Positions 50,737 through 59,355 of a DNA stretch of 64,000 bases are shown in pieces (within the stretch, counting starts at the first letter, position 1; every line of letters starts with the position of its first letter). The stretch is taken from IMG/VR virus record IMGVR_UViG_3300013121_000025, positions 89,653 to 153,652 of that record; one strand, written 5' to 3'. A program made the position numbers and the translations under genes. Source of the stretch: a virus (taxonomy: Duplodnaviria > Caudoviricetes). Below the pieces are notes generated by a model. That model was not told the origin of the DNA and searched no databases. It saw only the letters and a list, made by a program, of their open reading frames with translations.

Positions 50737-51702
50737 CTACGATATTATAATAGGAGGATAAGTCGATTTCAATAAGGCGGTATTAATTTTAATTTCACCA
50801 TCGTCGACCAATAAACACGAAGCAGCAGTTGATGCAGTCATTGTATATGTTATACCATATTTTGTTAAGTTTCTATCAGATGAACTAGTATATGGTGAAT
50901 TAGATATTAAAAATACTGCTTCTCTTTCATTAAACAACGATGAGGAAGTATGATCGACATATCCTACACTACCATTTATGATGGAAGTATTTTCAAAGAT
51001 TGTTGAAATGTCTAATTCATAAACAGTATATTCTTTTCCATTTACTACAACACGATAACCATCCCCATTAAACCAAATTGATGAGGTGGATGGTGATGTT
51101 AATGTATCATCTGTCGTGGAGTATTCTATTCTTGTTTCAAATGCGGTCTTAAGTGGTGATTTAAAATTAAATCCTATTTTTTTATTACTTAAAATAGATG
51201 CCAAACCAATCACAATTTTACCATTTATACTTAATGGTACGAAATTCTGTGTAGATGTACTTGTTGTAACAGAAGTCGTTAACGGAGTAGTTTTAGAGAC
51301 ACATTGTGCTATTCCATAATATGCTTGATCAAAGCTTACAATCATATTATCATTATCAGTATATGATATTGATGTTGGTTCTACAATTTGCAACTCCTTG
51401 TTTTCATCATAGTAATAACAGTATACATCTGGATGGTTATTTAATTTATGTTTAATAAACCAACTAGTGTTAGGAAGTTGTTGAGTATGATTAGCAAGAA
51501 TTTTACGTTGAGCCCAATCCTCCAATTGTGAAGGAGCTGGTACAGAAGGAGTATTGTATCCTTTCTTCATTTGCACTTTACGTAAGATACCCTTACAACC
51601 ATCAGAAATATTACATCTACCGAAGTTATCTACAGTATATTTGTCAAATGTTTTTTCTATTGTTCTTTTACATGTGTCACATTCAAAAACTTGTAAGCTC
51701 AT
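50737..51702 (-). CDS. Hypothetical protein with N-terminal Cys4 motif (probably structural)
   Basis: CDTC...C....C; HTQ...W.IKH.LN..P.V. Confidence 0.55.
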   Translation of the reverse strand: MSLQVFECDTCKRTIEKTFDKYTVDNFGRCNISDGCKGILRKVQMKKGYNTPSVPAPSQLEDWAQRKILANHTQQLPNTSWFIKHKLNNHPDVYCYYYDENKELQIVEPTSISYTDNDNMIVSFDQAYYGIAQCVSKTTPLTTSVTTSTSTQNFVPLSINGKIVIGLASILSNKKIGFNFKSPLKTAFETRIEYSTTDDTLTSPSTSSIWFNGDGYRVVVNGKEYTVYELDISTIFENTSIINGSVGYVDHTSSSLFNEREAVFLISNSPYTSSSDRNLTKYGITYTMTASTAASCLLVDDGEIKINTALLKSTYPPIIIS

Positions 51703-51704
51703 AG

Positions 51705-52250
51705 TTACGCTCTTAATTTTTCGTACAAAGTATTGTAATTAGGATATGCTGAAACAGGAACTGCATAAAAGAAAGGAATGTTATATATAAGGATTTCAGC
51801 CTCTTGTTTGAGCCCTTCATCTATTTTTGTATCAGTATATGAAAATTTAAGCATATCAGTTAAAATAGTGAAAGCACTTTCCTGTTGCATGTTCTCTTTT
51901 AAAGTGTTAAACACCTCTTTATAATCTTCCGCTGAACATGTTACATCTTTTGAATATAAGAATTCATAGCCATCTTTTGGGAATATATAAAATGCATTTG
52001 ATGAGCTTTCACACAACTTAATGTTTCCGTGCACAATCACACTACGTTCGCGTAATTTGGGTTCGAATGCAGCACTATATAATTCGTTTAACGTTGGTTC
52101 AGATGTGGTATTTTTGTGTCGTACTTTAATTTTGTACAGCTGTTGTATGAGAGGTGGAGAATTAACGTGAATAGTTTTATAAGCAGGAAAGCCTCTCGAC
52201 TCTGCTATAAAAGCGGAACAATCACGTTTAATATAAGAATGGAACAGCAT
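51705..52250 (-). CDS. Hypothetical protein, diverged member 3 of the ART-like family
   Basis: DCSAFIAE, LRERS, YIFP...EFLYS..V, AEI...YAV shared with 39847 and 46017 ORFs. Confidence 0.45.
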   Translation of the reverse strand: MLFHSYIKRDCSAFIAESRGFPAYKTIHVNSPPLIQQLYKIKVRHKNTTSEPTLNELYSAAFEPKLRERSVIVHGNIKLCESSSNAFYIFPKDGYEFLYSKDVTCSAEDYKEVFNTLKENMQQESAFTILTDMLKFSYTDTKIDEGLKQEAEILIYNIPFFYAVPVSAYPNYNTLYEKLRA

Positions 52251-52251
52251 T

Positions 52252-52292
52252 AAAAAACCTCATTGATCCGTTATTTATGGATCAATGAGGTT
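52252..52292 (-). terminator. 14-bp stem-loop with U tract; late promoter in loop, RBS in 3' arm
   Basis: Minus strand AACCTCATTGATCC-ATAAATAAC-GGATCAATGAGGTT-TTTT-A-ATG. Confidence 0.8.
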
Positions 52293-52297
52293 GAAGA

Positions 52298-52522
52298 TTA
52301 TACTCGTTTGATAGATTTAATAAACTCACGACAAGCATTAACATGCTCATATACCATACAACTTGGTCCAATCGTAATCTCATGAATGTACCATGCAAAA
52401 TCGCTTTGAATCTTATAAGTATCGTTACCACGTTGGGCATCAGGATATCCTTTAGTGGCATTTCGGAATTGATTAGTTAAATCTTTCACAAGTTCTTTAA
52501 CAGGAATTGTACTAATTGTCAT
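52298..52522 (-). CDS. Hypothetical protein
   Basis: 74 aa, AAGGAG RBS, promoter TTGATT-17-TATAAG at 52552-52580. Confidence 0.75.
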   Translation of the reverse strand: MTISTIPVKELVKDLTNQFRNATKGYPDAQRGNDTYKIQSDFAWYIHEITIGPSCMVYEHVNACREFIKSIKRV

Positions 52523-52624
52523 TACTTTGTTCTCCTTATAGTGAATAGTGACTTATATATGATCCCTTAATTAAAATCAAAAATCAACATCTAAAAAAAT
52601 TGTTATAATTACCTGAATTCACTG

Positions 52625-52653
52625 TTGTTTTTAAATCGATTTTAATATATAAT
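52625..52653 (+). promoter_or_regulatory. Sigma70-type promoter for nrdA
   Basis: (G)TTGTTT-17nt-TATAAT. Confidence 0.6.
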
Positions 52654-52752
52654 GTCCTTCTTAACTATCAGTAGTAAATAGAAACACATTCGAAGTTTCA
52701 TTGATGCAACGTCAATGAATGAAAATATATTTATAATAATCAAGGAGTTACA

Positions 52753-55116
52753 ATGGGTCGTTCTGATATATACGTTATAAAAAGAAGTGGAAGAAAAGAA
52801 CCATTATCAGTAGAAAAGTGGCAAGAACAAGTAACAAAAATATGCAAGGGAATCGCAGATGTAAGCCAAAGTATGATAGAAATTAGTGCACAACCTCATT
52901 TCTATGATGGTATCACGACTAAAGAAATTGATGAAATAACCTTACGTGCAATTATTGATTTAATTGATGTGGAATCAAATCCTGATGTTGGACACACTAA
53001 TTATCAATATGTTGCAGGTAAACAACGTTTAACGATGTTACGTAAAGATGTATACGGTGGTTACAATCCTCCTCATCTTTATCAAATCGTAAAAAGAAAC
53101 GTCGATCTCGGAATGTATACACCGGAATTATTAACATGGTATACAGAAGATGATTGGAACAAAATGAACGAGTTTATCGATCATGAGAAAGACGAGCAAT
53201 ATAGTTACGCAGCAATTGAGCAATTGATAGAAAAGTATCTAGTTAGAAACAGATCAACTAAAGAAGTCTACGAAACCCCGCAAGTACGATACATGGTAGC
53301 AGCAGCTACAGTATTTCATAAAGAAGAACCCAATACAGCACGTTTACGTTTTATTAAAGAATATTATAATGCTGCTTCTGACGGACTCTTTACTCTTGCG
53401 ACTCCTGTGCTAGCGGGTCTTGGCACTCCAACAAAACAATTTAGCTCTTGTGTTCTTATCAAGAGTGATGATAATTTAGATAGCATTTTTGCGAGCGGTG
53501 AAATGATGGCAAAATATGCTAGTAAACGTGCTGGTATTGGTTTAGAAATCGGAAGACTTCGTCCACTTGGCAGTCCGATTAGAAAAGGCGAAATTATGCA
53601 CACAGGGTTAATTCCGTTCTTAAAGAAGTGGTTCGGAGACTTGCGCAGTTGTTCTCAAGGCGGCATTCGAAATGCATCTGCAACTATGTTTTATCCTATT
53701 TGGCATTATCAATTTGAAGATTTAATTGTTCTTAAAAACAATCAAGGAACAGATGAGACACGTGTACGTCATTTAGATTATGGTGTTGTTATGAATGCTA
53801 TGTTCTGGCGTCGATTTAAGAACAAAGAAAACATTACATTTTTTGATCCAAACGAAGTACCAGATTTGTATGAAGCATTTTATCAAAATACTGCTTTATT
53901 TGAAGACCTATATGTAAAGTATGAAAAGCAAAAAGGTCTTCGTAAAAAGACCATGTCTGCTGATGAAGTTATCAAAAGTGGTCTTTTAAAGGAACGTTCA
54001 GATACTGGTCGGATTTATATTGTAAACATTGACAATTCCATCAAACAAGGTCCTTTTGAACCTGATACACATACAATTTACCAATCAAATCTTTGTGTAG
54101 AAATTTTACTTCCTACAAAACCATTTAAACGTTTAGATGACGAGAACGGAAGAATTGCTCTTTGTACATTAGGGTCAATCAATTGGGGAGCTTTTAGGAA
54201 TCCTGAAGATATGCGTAGAGCATGTAGAATTTTGCATCGTAGTTTGTGCAATATTCTCGACTACCAAGATTTCCTTTCTATTCAAAGTAGATTGAGCAAT
54301 GATGAAATTCAACCATTAGGAATTGGAGTGACAAACTTGGCATATTGGCATGCAAAGCGTAATATGCAATACGGACAATCTGATGCATTAGCAGAAGTAA
54401 AATCTTGGATGGAACATCAGGCTTATTACCTTACAGAAGCTACAGTAGAATTAGCAAAGGAGAGAGGACCTTGCAAGCACAGCTCCTTGACAAGATATGG
54501 CAAAGGAATTTTTCCATGGGAATTACGTGCAGAAGGGGTAAATGAGTTAACAGATTTCGCACCAGAGTTGGATTGGGAAACATTACGTACTAATATGAAA
54601 CAGTATGGTGTTCGTAATGCTACATTAATGGCAATTGCTCCTGTAGAATCAAGTTCTGTAGTTATCAATTCAACGAATGGTATTGAGATGCCAATGCAAT
54701 TAATATCAGTCAAAGAATCCAAAGCTGCGTCCTTGGTTCAAGTGGTTCCTGAATATCAAAAATTGAAAAACAAATATCAATTACTTTGGGAACAAGAAGA
54801 TTGTATTGGATATTTAAAAACTGCGGCAGTACTTGCAGCTTATATTGATCAAAGTATTAGTACTAATACTTTCTACAATCCTGCTAATTATAAAGAAAGA
54901 AAGGTTCCTGCAACCTTAATTGCAAAGAATCTTATGTTAGCCCATCAATATGGGTTAAAAACGTTGTATTATAGTTTGATTAATAAAATTGGAAGTAAAG
55001 ATCAACCAGACGATGTAAAATATCCTGCTCTCCAAGGACAATATAGTATTACCACAGATGTAATACATGAAGGGTACTCACAATTAGAAGACGATTGTGA
55101 GGCTTGTAAATTATGA
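52753..55116 (+). CDS. nrdA: Ribonucleotide reductase class Ia alpha subunit
   Basis: ATP cone VIKRSG, SSCVL, SNLCVEI, LCTLG, AP.ESSS, C-terminal CEAC. Confidence 0.97.
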   Translation: MGRSDIYVIKRSGRKEPLSVEKWQEQVTKICKGIADVSQSMIEISAQPHFYDGITTKEIDEITLRAIIDLIDVESNPDVGHTNYQYVAGKQRLTMLRKDVYGGYNPPHLYQIVKRNVDLGMYTPELLTWYTEDDWNKMNEFIDHEKDEQYSYAAIEQLIEKYLVRNRSTKEVYETPQVRYMVAAATVFHKEEPNTARLRFIKEYYNAASDGLFTLATPVLAGLGTPTKQFSSCVLIKSDDNLDSIFASGEMMAKYASKRAGIGLEIGRLRPLGSPIRKGEIMHTGLIPFLKKWFGDLRSCSQGGIRNASATMFYPIWHYQFEDLIVLKNNQGTDETRVRHLDYGVVMNAMFWRRFKNKENITFFDPNEVPDLYEAFYQNTALFEDLYVKYEKQKGLRKKTMSADEVIKSGLLKERSDTGRIYIVNIDNSIKQGPFEPDTHTIYQSNLCVEILLPTKPFKRLDDENGRIALCTLGSINWGAFRNPEDMRRACRILHRSLCNILDYQDFLSIQSRLSNDEIQPLGIGVTNLAYWHAKRNMQYGQSDALAEVKSWMEHQAYYLTEATVELAKERGPCKHSSLTRYGKGIFPWELRAEGVNELTDFAPELDWETLRTNMKQYGVRNATLMAIAPVESSSVVINSTNGIEMPMQLISVKESKAASLVQVVPEYQKLKNKYQLLWEQEDCIGYLKTAAVLAAYIDQSISTNTFYNPANYKERKVPATLIAKNLMLAHQYGLKTLYYSLINKIGSKDQPDDVKYPALQGQYSITTDVIHEGYSQLEDDCEACKL

Positions 55117-55745
55117 GTACTAGTAGAACAAGTTTCATCGAAACTTGGTTAGAAGAATCTCCGTCGGGGTTAGGATCATTTGAGACATTTGACGGGTTAC
55201 AGTATACTATAGAAGATATGAAAAAAGCTGGTATTGATGTTATTCGTGTGTCAGATAAATTGTTCAAAATAGAGGGTAATACAATTTTATTGTATTGGTA
55301 TCAAGATAATAATCAAACTATCACTTTAGGGGTTGAATTAAAAAAACGACCAGAAGGTATCGTGGTGTCATTATTAGGAAAAAATCCAAAATATAAAGGA
55401 AAACCACCATATGCTTCAGATTTATATAGTGATGTACTAAAGGACACAAATAATAATATTCGTATTCTCAGTGATAAGCAATTAAGTGATGAGGGGTATA
55501 ATTTATGGAAACGAATGGTACAGAAGGGACATAAAGTATCTGTATATGATAGTAAAGATCCTGGAAGAACATTTAAAACATTTACAACTGATGAAGAAAT
55601 GGAACAATATTTCAAACATGATGATACAACGTTTATGAGATATCAATTTGTATTATCTGAAAATGTGTTGAGTTATTGTGAACTCAAAGCATCATTTAAT
55701 TTACGAAGAATGAGAGAGTTAAGTGGGTTAAAATTAGAGGATTAA
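55113..55745 (+). CDS. Hypothetical protein between nrdA and nrdB (possible GNAT-like fold)
   Basis: G...ASDLY...LSDKQLSDEGYNLWKRM; C-term LRRMRELSGL. Confidence 0.5.
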   Translation: MSTSRTSFIETWLEESPSGLGSFETFDGLQYTIEDMKKAGIDVIRVSDKLFKIEGNTILLYWYQDNNQTITLGVELKKRPEGIVVSLLGKNPKYKGKPPYASDLYSDVLKDTNNNIRILSDKQLSDEGYNLWKRMVQKGHKVSVYDSKDPGRTFKTFTTDEEMEQYFKHDDTTFMRYQFVLSENVLSYCELKASFNLRRMRELSGLKLED

Positions 55746-55757
55746 CAGAGAACATAT

Positions 55758-56858
55758 ATGTCAAAGCAACAATACGATTTAAACACAAAAACAGATTATT
55801 TAACACGCAAAATGTTTTTGGATCCACAAGGTCCTGTAACTATTCAACGTTTCGAAGAGGTAAAATATAAGAAAATTGCTGACTTCGAGACGACAGCAAG
55901 AGGATTCTTTTGGGTTCCAGAAGAGATTAGTTTAACTAAAGACGCAAGTGATTTTAAAGATGCAAGTGAAGCCGTAAAACATATTTTCACTAGCAATTTA
56001 CTTCGTCAAACAGCATTGGACAGTTTACAAGGTAAAGCTCCAAGTCAAATTTTTGCTCCTGTAGTATCATTACCCGAACTTGAAGCATTAATGTATAATT
56101 GGACATTCTTTGAAACAAACATTCACAGTCGTTCATATAGTCATATCATAAGAAATATCTATAATGTACCTAAAGAAGTGTTTAATACAATTCACGATAC
56201 TACAGAAATTGTACAAATGGCGAGCACTGTGGGCAAGTATTACGATGCTCTTCATTTGTTAAATTGTAAAAAAGAAGTAGGAATGACTGTATCAGAACAC
56301 GAACACGTGAAAGCAATATGGTTAGCATTACATGCTAGTTATGCTCTCGAAGCATTACGTTTTATGGTATCTTTCGCTACCAGCTTAGCAATGGTTGAAA
56401 ACAAAATATTTATTGGTAACGGGAATATTATTAGTTTAATTCTTCAAGACGAAGTTCTTCATAAAGATTGGACTGCATATATCATTAATCAAGTTGTTAA
56501 AGAAGACGAAAGATTTGCTAATATTAAGCATGAGTGTGAAAAAGAAGTATATGATATGTATATGGATGTATTACGTGAAGAAAAAGAGTGGGCAAAATTC
56601 TTATTTAAGAAAGGTCCTGTTATTGGATTAAATGCAAATATTCTCAATGACTTTATGGACTTTACAACGTTCCATTCGTTAAAGGAAGTGGGAATTAAGT
56701 ATTTGTCACCAGCTCCTAAAACAACACCAATTCCTTGGTTCAATAAACATAGTGACCCAAGTAAGAAACAAACAGCATTACAAGAATCAGAAAGTACAAA
56801 CTATGTGGTTGGTATTATGTCTGATAGCATCAATTATGATGAATTACCTAATTTATGA
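55758..56858 (+). CDS. nrdB: Ribonucleotide reductase class Ia beta subunit
   Basis: FWVPEEI, LDSLQG, ETNIHSRSY, LEALRF..SF, DEVLH, QESE..NY. Confidence 0.97.
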   Translation: MSKQQYDLNTKTDYLTRKMFLDPQGPVTIQRFEEVKYKKIADFETTARGFFWVPEEISLTKDASDFKDASEAVKHIFTSNLLRQTALDSLQGKAPSQIFAPVVSLPELEALMYNWTFFETNIHSRSYSHIIRNIYNVPKEVFNTIHDTTEIVQMASTVGKYYDALHLLNCKKEVGMTVSEHEHVKAIWLALHASYALEALRFMVSFATSLAMVENKIFIGNGNIISLILQDEVLHKDWTAYIINQVVKEDERFANIKHECEKEVYDMYMDVLREEKEWAKFLFKKGPVIGLNANILNDFMDFTTFHSLKEVGIKYLSPAPKTTPIPWFNKHSDPSKKQTALQESESTNYVVGIMSDSINYDELPNL

Positions 56859-56870
56859 TAAGAGAAACAC

Positions 56871-57104
56871 ATGAAAGCAGAAGTATGGTCAAAAGATAAT
56901 TGTTCTTATTGTGAACAAGCAAAGAAGTTATTAAGTTCTAAAAATATTGAATATGTTGAAAAGAAGATAGGCTATGGATACACTAGAGAAGATTTACTTG
57001 CAGTAGTTCCAACAGCAAGATCAGTACCACAAATTTTTATCGATGGAAATTATGTGGGTGGTTTTGAGCAACTAACCAAACATCTGTCAGATGTTGCAGC
57101 ATGA
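56871..57104 (+). CDS. Glutaredoxin
   Basis: CSYC, SVPQIFIDG, VGGF. Confidence 0.93.
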   Translation: MKAEVWSKDNCSYCEQAKKLLSSKNIEYVEKKIGYGYTREDLLAVVPTARSVPQIFIDGNYVGGFEQLTKHLSDVAA

Positions 57105-57159
57105 ATTATGAAGATGCAATGAGTATTTTTGATAAATAATATACATTGAGGAAATTATC

Positions 57160-57840
57160 ATGGATATTGCACGTCTTAAAGAATTAGCAGGTCTTCCATT
57201 GACAGAAAGCGACGAAGTCAAACCAGTAAAAAAAGAAGAAGAAAAGAAAGAAGAACAACCTAAAGCTGCAGAGGAAGACGAAGAAAAACAAAAACTTCCT
57301 GTAGTCGCTACTAGTGACGTCATTGCACCTGCTCCAATATCACAACCAGCTGTTGTACCTTCTACTGATTCACCAGTGTCTACAGGTACTCAACCAGTAG
57401 TTGACGAACAGAAGCCTGACAGTACAGTTACTCCTGCTGCTACAGAACAACCTGCCCAACCTGCTGCACCTGCTCAAGCAATGTCGCCATCAGAAGTTGT
57501 AAAATTGTTAATGGGCATGAGAGATCAAATTCATTATTATCATTTACAAACTGAAAAGTATGCAGAGCATAAGGCTTTGAATGATTTTTATGATACCATT
57601 CTGGATATTGCTGATAAGTTTATTGAATCTTATCAAGGAATCTTTGGGAGAGCATCTGGTGATGTATCGATTACACTTAAGAGTTATACAGAAGATAGTG
57701 CAGTCAATGACATTAAGATGTTCTCCACGAACATAAAAACATTACAATCACAAGTCACTGCTCATACAGATTTAGTTAATTTGTTGGATGAATTACTTAA
57801 TGCTTGTAATAAAACAATTTACTTACTCACGTTGAAGTAA
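57160..57840 (+). CDS. Ferritin/Dps-like domain protein (DUF5856-like) with low-complexity N-terminal extension
   Basis: HYYHLQT..YAEHKAL..FYD...DKFIESYQG...NLLDE...YLLTL; ATAAATA at 57132-57138. Confidence 0.7.
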   Translation: MDIARLKELAGLPLTESDEVKPVKKEEEKKEEQPKAAEEDEEKQKLPVVATSDVIAPAPISQPAVVPSTDSPVSTGTQPVVDEQKPDSTVTPAATEQPAQPAAPAQAMSPSEVVKLLMGMRDQIHYYHLQTEKYAEHKALNDFYDTILDIADKFIESYQGIFGRASGDVSITLKSYTEDSAVNDIKMFSTNIKTLQSQVTAHTDLVNLLDELLNACNKTIYLLTLK

Positions 57841-57883
57841 CTCGAAATATAATGTAAAATAAGCCTCGATAAGAGGCTTATTT
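57832..57883 (+). promoter_or_regulatory. Sigma70-type promoter overlapping a terminator/RBS hairpin
   Basis: (G)TTGAAG-17nt-TAAAAT; stem AAATAAGCCTC-GATAA-GAGGCTTATTT at 57857-57883. Confidence 0.7.
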
Positions 57884-57888
57884 ATTTT

Positions 57889-58443
57889 ATGACATTAATT
57901 GTTAATATATTTGCTGGTCCAGGAACAGGAAAATCTGTAGCTGCTGCTGGTACTTTTCATCTTTTGAAATCACAACATTATCATGTAGAACATGTAGTTG
58001 AGTATGCTAAGGAAAAAGTTTGGGAAGAATCTCTCTCTTTACTTTCGAATCAAATTTATATATTTGCTAATCAACATCAGCGCATTAATCGTTGCTTAGG
58101 TAAGGTCGATGCTGTTATAACCGACAGTCCAATTAATCTTGGATTAATATATGGAAACATGTACGGAAATGAAATGAGCAAACCGCTTGATGCTCTAATT
58201 CGGTATGAATTTTCGAAAAATGAAAATTTAAATATTGTTCTGGAACGTACTGGTCCTTACGATCCGCGTGGCCGTGTTCAAACTTTTGAGGAAGCCATAG
58301 AAGTTGATAAGAAAATAATTGATATATTAGAGCAAGATGGCCACAAGTATATTAAAATTCCGGTTGATGATTGTACACATGTTAGAATTTCTGATTTGGT
58401 AAAAGAATGGATAAATAATAATAATAAACAGTATTGTGTATGA
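57889..58443 (+). CDS. P-loop ATPase/kinase (NadR/AAA_28-like)
   Basis: IVNIFAGPGTGKS, EYAKE, ITDSP, GRVQ. Confidence 0.78.
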   Translation: MTLIVNIFAGPGTGKSVAAAGTFHLLKSQHYHVEHVVEYAKEKVWEESLSLLSNQIYIFANQHQRINRCLGKVDAVITDSPINLGLIYGNMYGNEMSKPLDALIRYEFSKNENLNIVLERTGPYDPRGRVQTFEEAIEVDKKIIDILEQDGHKYIKIPVDDCTHVRISDLVKEWINNNNKQYCV

Positions 58444-58577
58444 AATCCTTTAACCCAGTTGCGAAGCATGCTAGAAAATTCAATAAAGCTGCTAAATTTA
58501 AAAACAAGAAAAAGCTAAGCAAACTTGGGTTCAAGAAACACATGAAGCGTGAGTTAGTTACAAATGAAATTGAGTAA
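58440..58577 (+). CDS. 45-aa highly basic microprotein (not in ORF track)
   Basis: MKSFNPVAKHARKFNKAAKFKNKKKLSKLGFKKHMKRELVTNEIE*; ATGA overlap with upstream stop and overlap with next start. Confidence 0.7.
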   Translation: MKSFNPVAKHARKFNKAAKFKNKKKLSKLGFKKHMKRELVTNEIE

Positions 58578-59355
58578 TCTTGTTGAATCTTCCAATGAAT
58601 GGCATTTTAAGGCTCACGCTCCTGATGCTGTATGGGATGCTATCGAACAAATTGGCATTTCTGACATGGGGAAAATTCTTGCGATTTGCAATATATTACG
58701 ACGTACAGAACGATATGAAGATGTCGAGCAATGGATACTATCAAGTAATAATTACCAATTAATAGCAAAATATGTTAGTGAAGTATTAGGCCATCAAAGA
58801 TGGTTAGAAGCAGAGCCTATCATGAGTATTACAGTCGATGGTGCCGAAGCTTACGCTGAAGCAATCAACAGTAATTTTCCTAAAGGTGAACCAGTTATTT
58901 GTCGTCATGAACAAAGTTTAAGAAATTATATTCGCTATTCCATGTCTGATCGTTCTTCATATATCGAAAATTTAATTAATCAAGGTAAAATATCAATAAA
59001 CAATGTATGTGTTTATATGGAAAGAAATAAGAATAAAGCATTTCCAAAATTTGAACAAATATTAATAGAGAGAATTAAAAATCATCAAGTTCTTATGACT
59101 GATATTATTACATATGCTCTTAATACAAAAAGCACTGAAAAATATGCGACCCCTGATGGTGGCCATGAGTGGCCAGAAGTAGAACATTATATAGTAACTA
59201 CTTATGATGTAGATGATTGTTTACGATATTGTACCCAATATAAAGAAGATAGATGGTTTGAGTTAGAAGAGAGACTGTCGAAATTACCTGCTGATAATGA
59301 AAACAGACAATATTATTTGAATCATATCCACAATTTTTTGAGCAGTAAAAAATGA
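58564..59355 (+). CDS. Helical-repeat hypothetical protein, paralogue 1
   Basis: Repeats Y....(R/E)W(L/P/F)E(A/V/L)E. Confidence 0.65.
   Translation: MKLSNLVESSNEWHFKAHAPDAVWDAIEQIGISDMGKILAICNILRRTERYEDVEQWILSSNNYQLIAKYVSEVLGHQRWLEAEPIMSITVDGAEAYAEAINSNFPKGEPVICRHEQSLRNYIRYSMSDRSSYIENLINQGKISINNVCVYMERNKNKAFPKFEQILIERIKNHQVLMTDIITYALNTKSTEKYATPDGGHEWPEVEHYIVTTYDVDDCLRYCTQYKEDRWFELEERLSKLPADNENRQYYLNHIHNFLSSKK

Noticed and set aside
52697-52740. NrdR box or riboswitch upstream of nrdA
   Set aside because: Only a simple hairpin (TTCATTGA/TCAATGAA); no convincing NrdR consensus.
41489-56858. Introns or inteins in DNA polymerase, gp41 helicase, nrdA, nrdB
   Set aside because: All are uninterrupted and of normal length.
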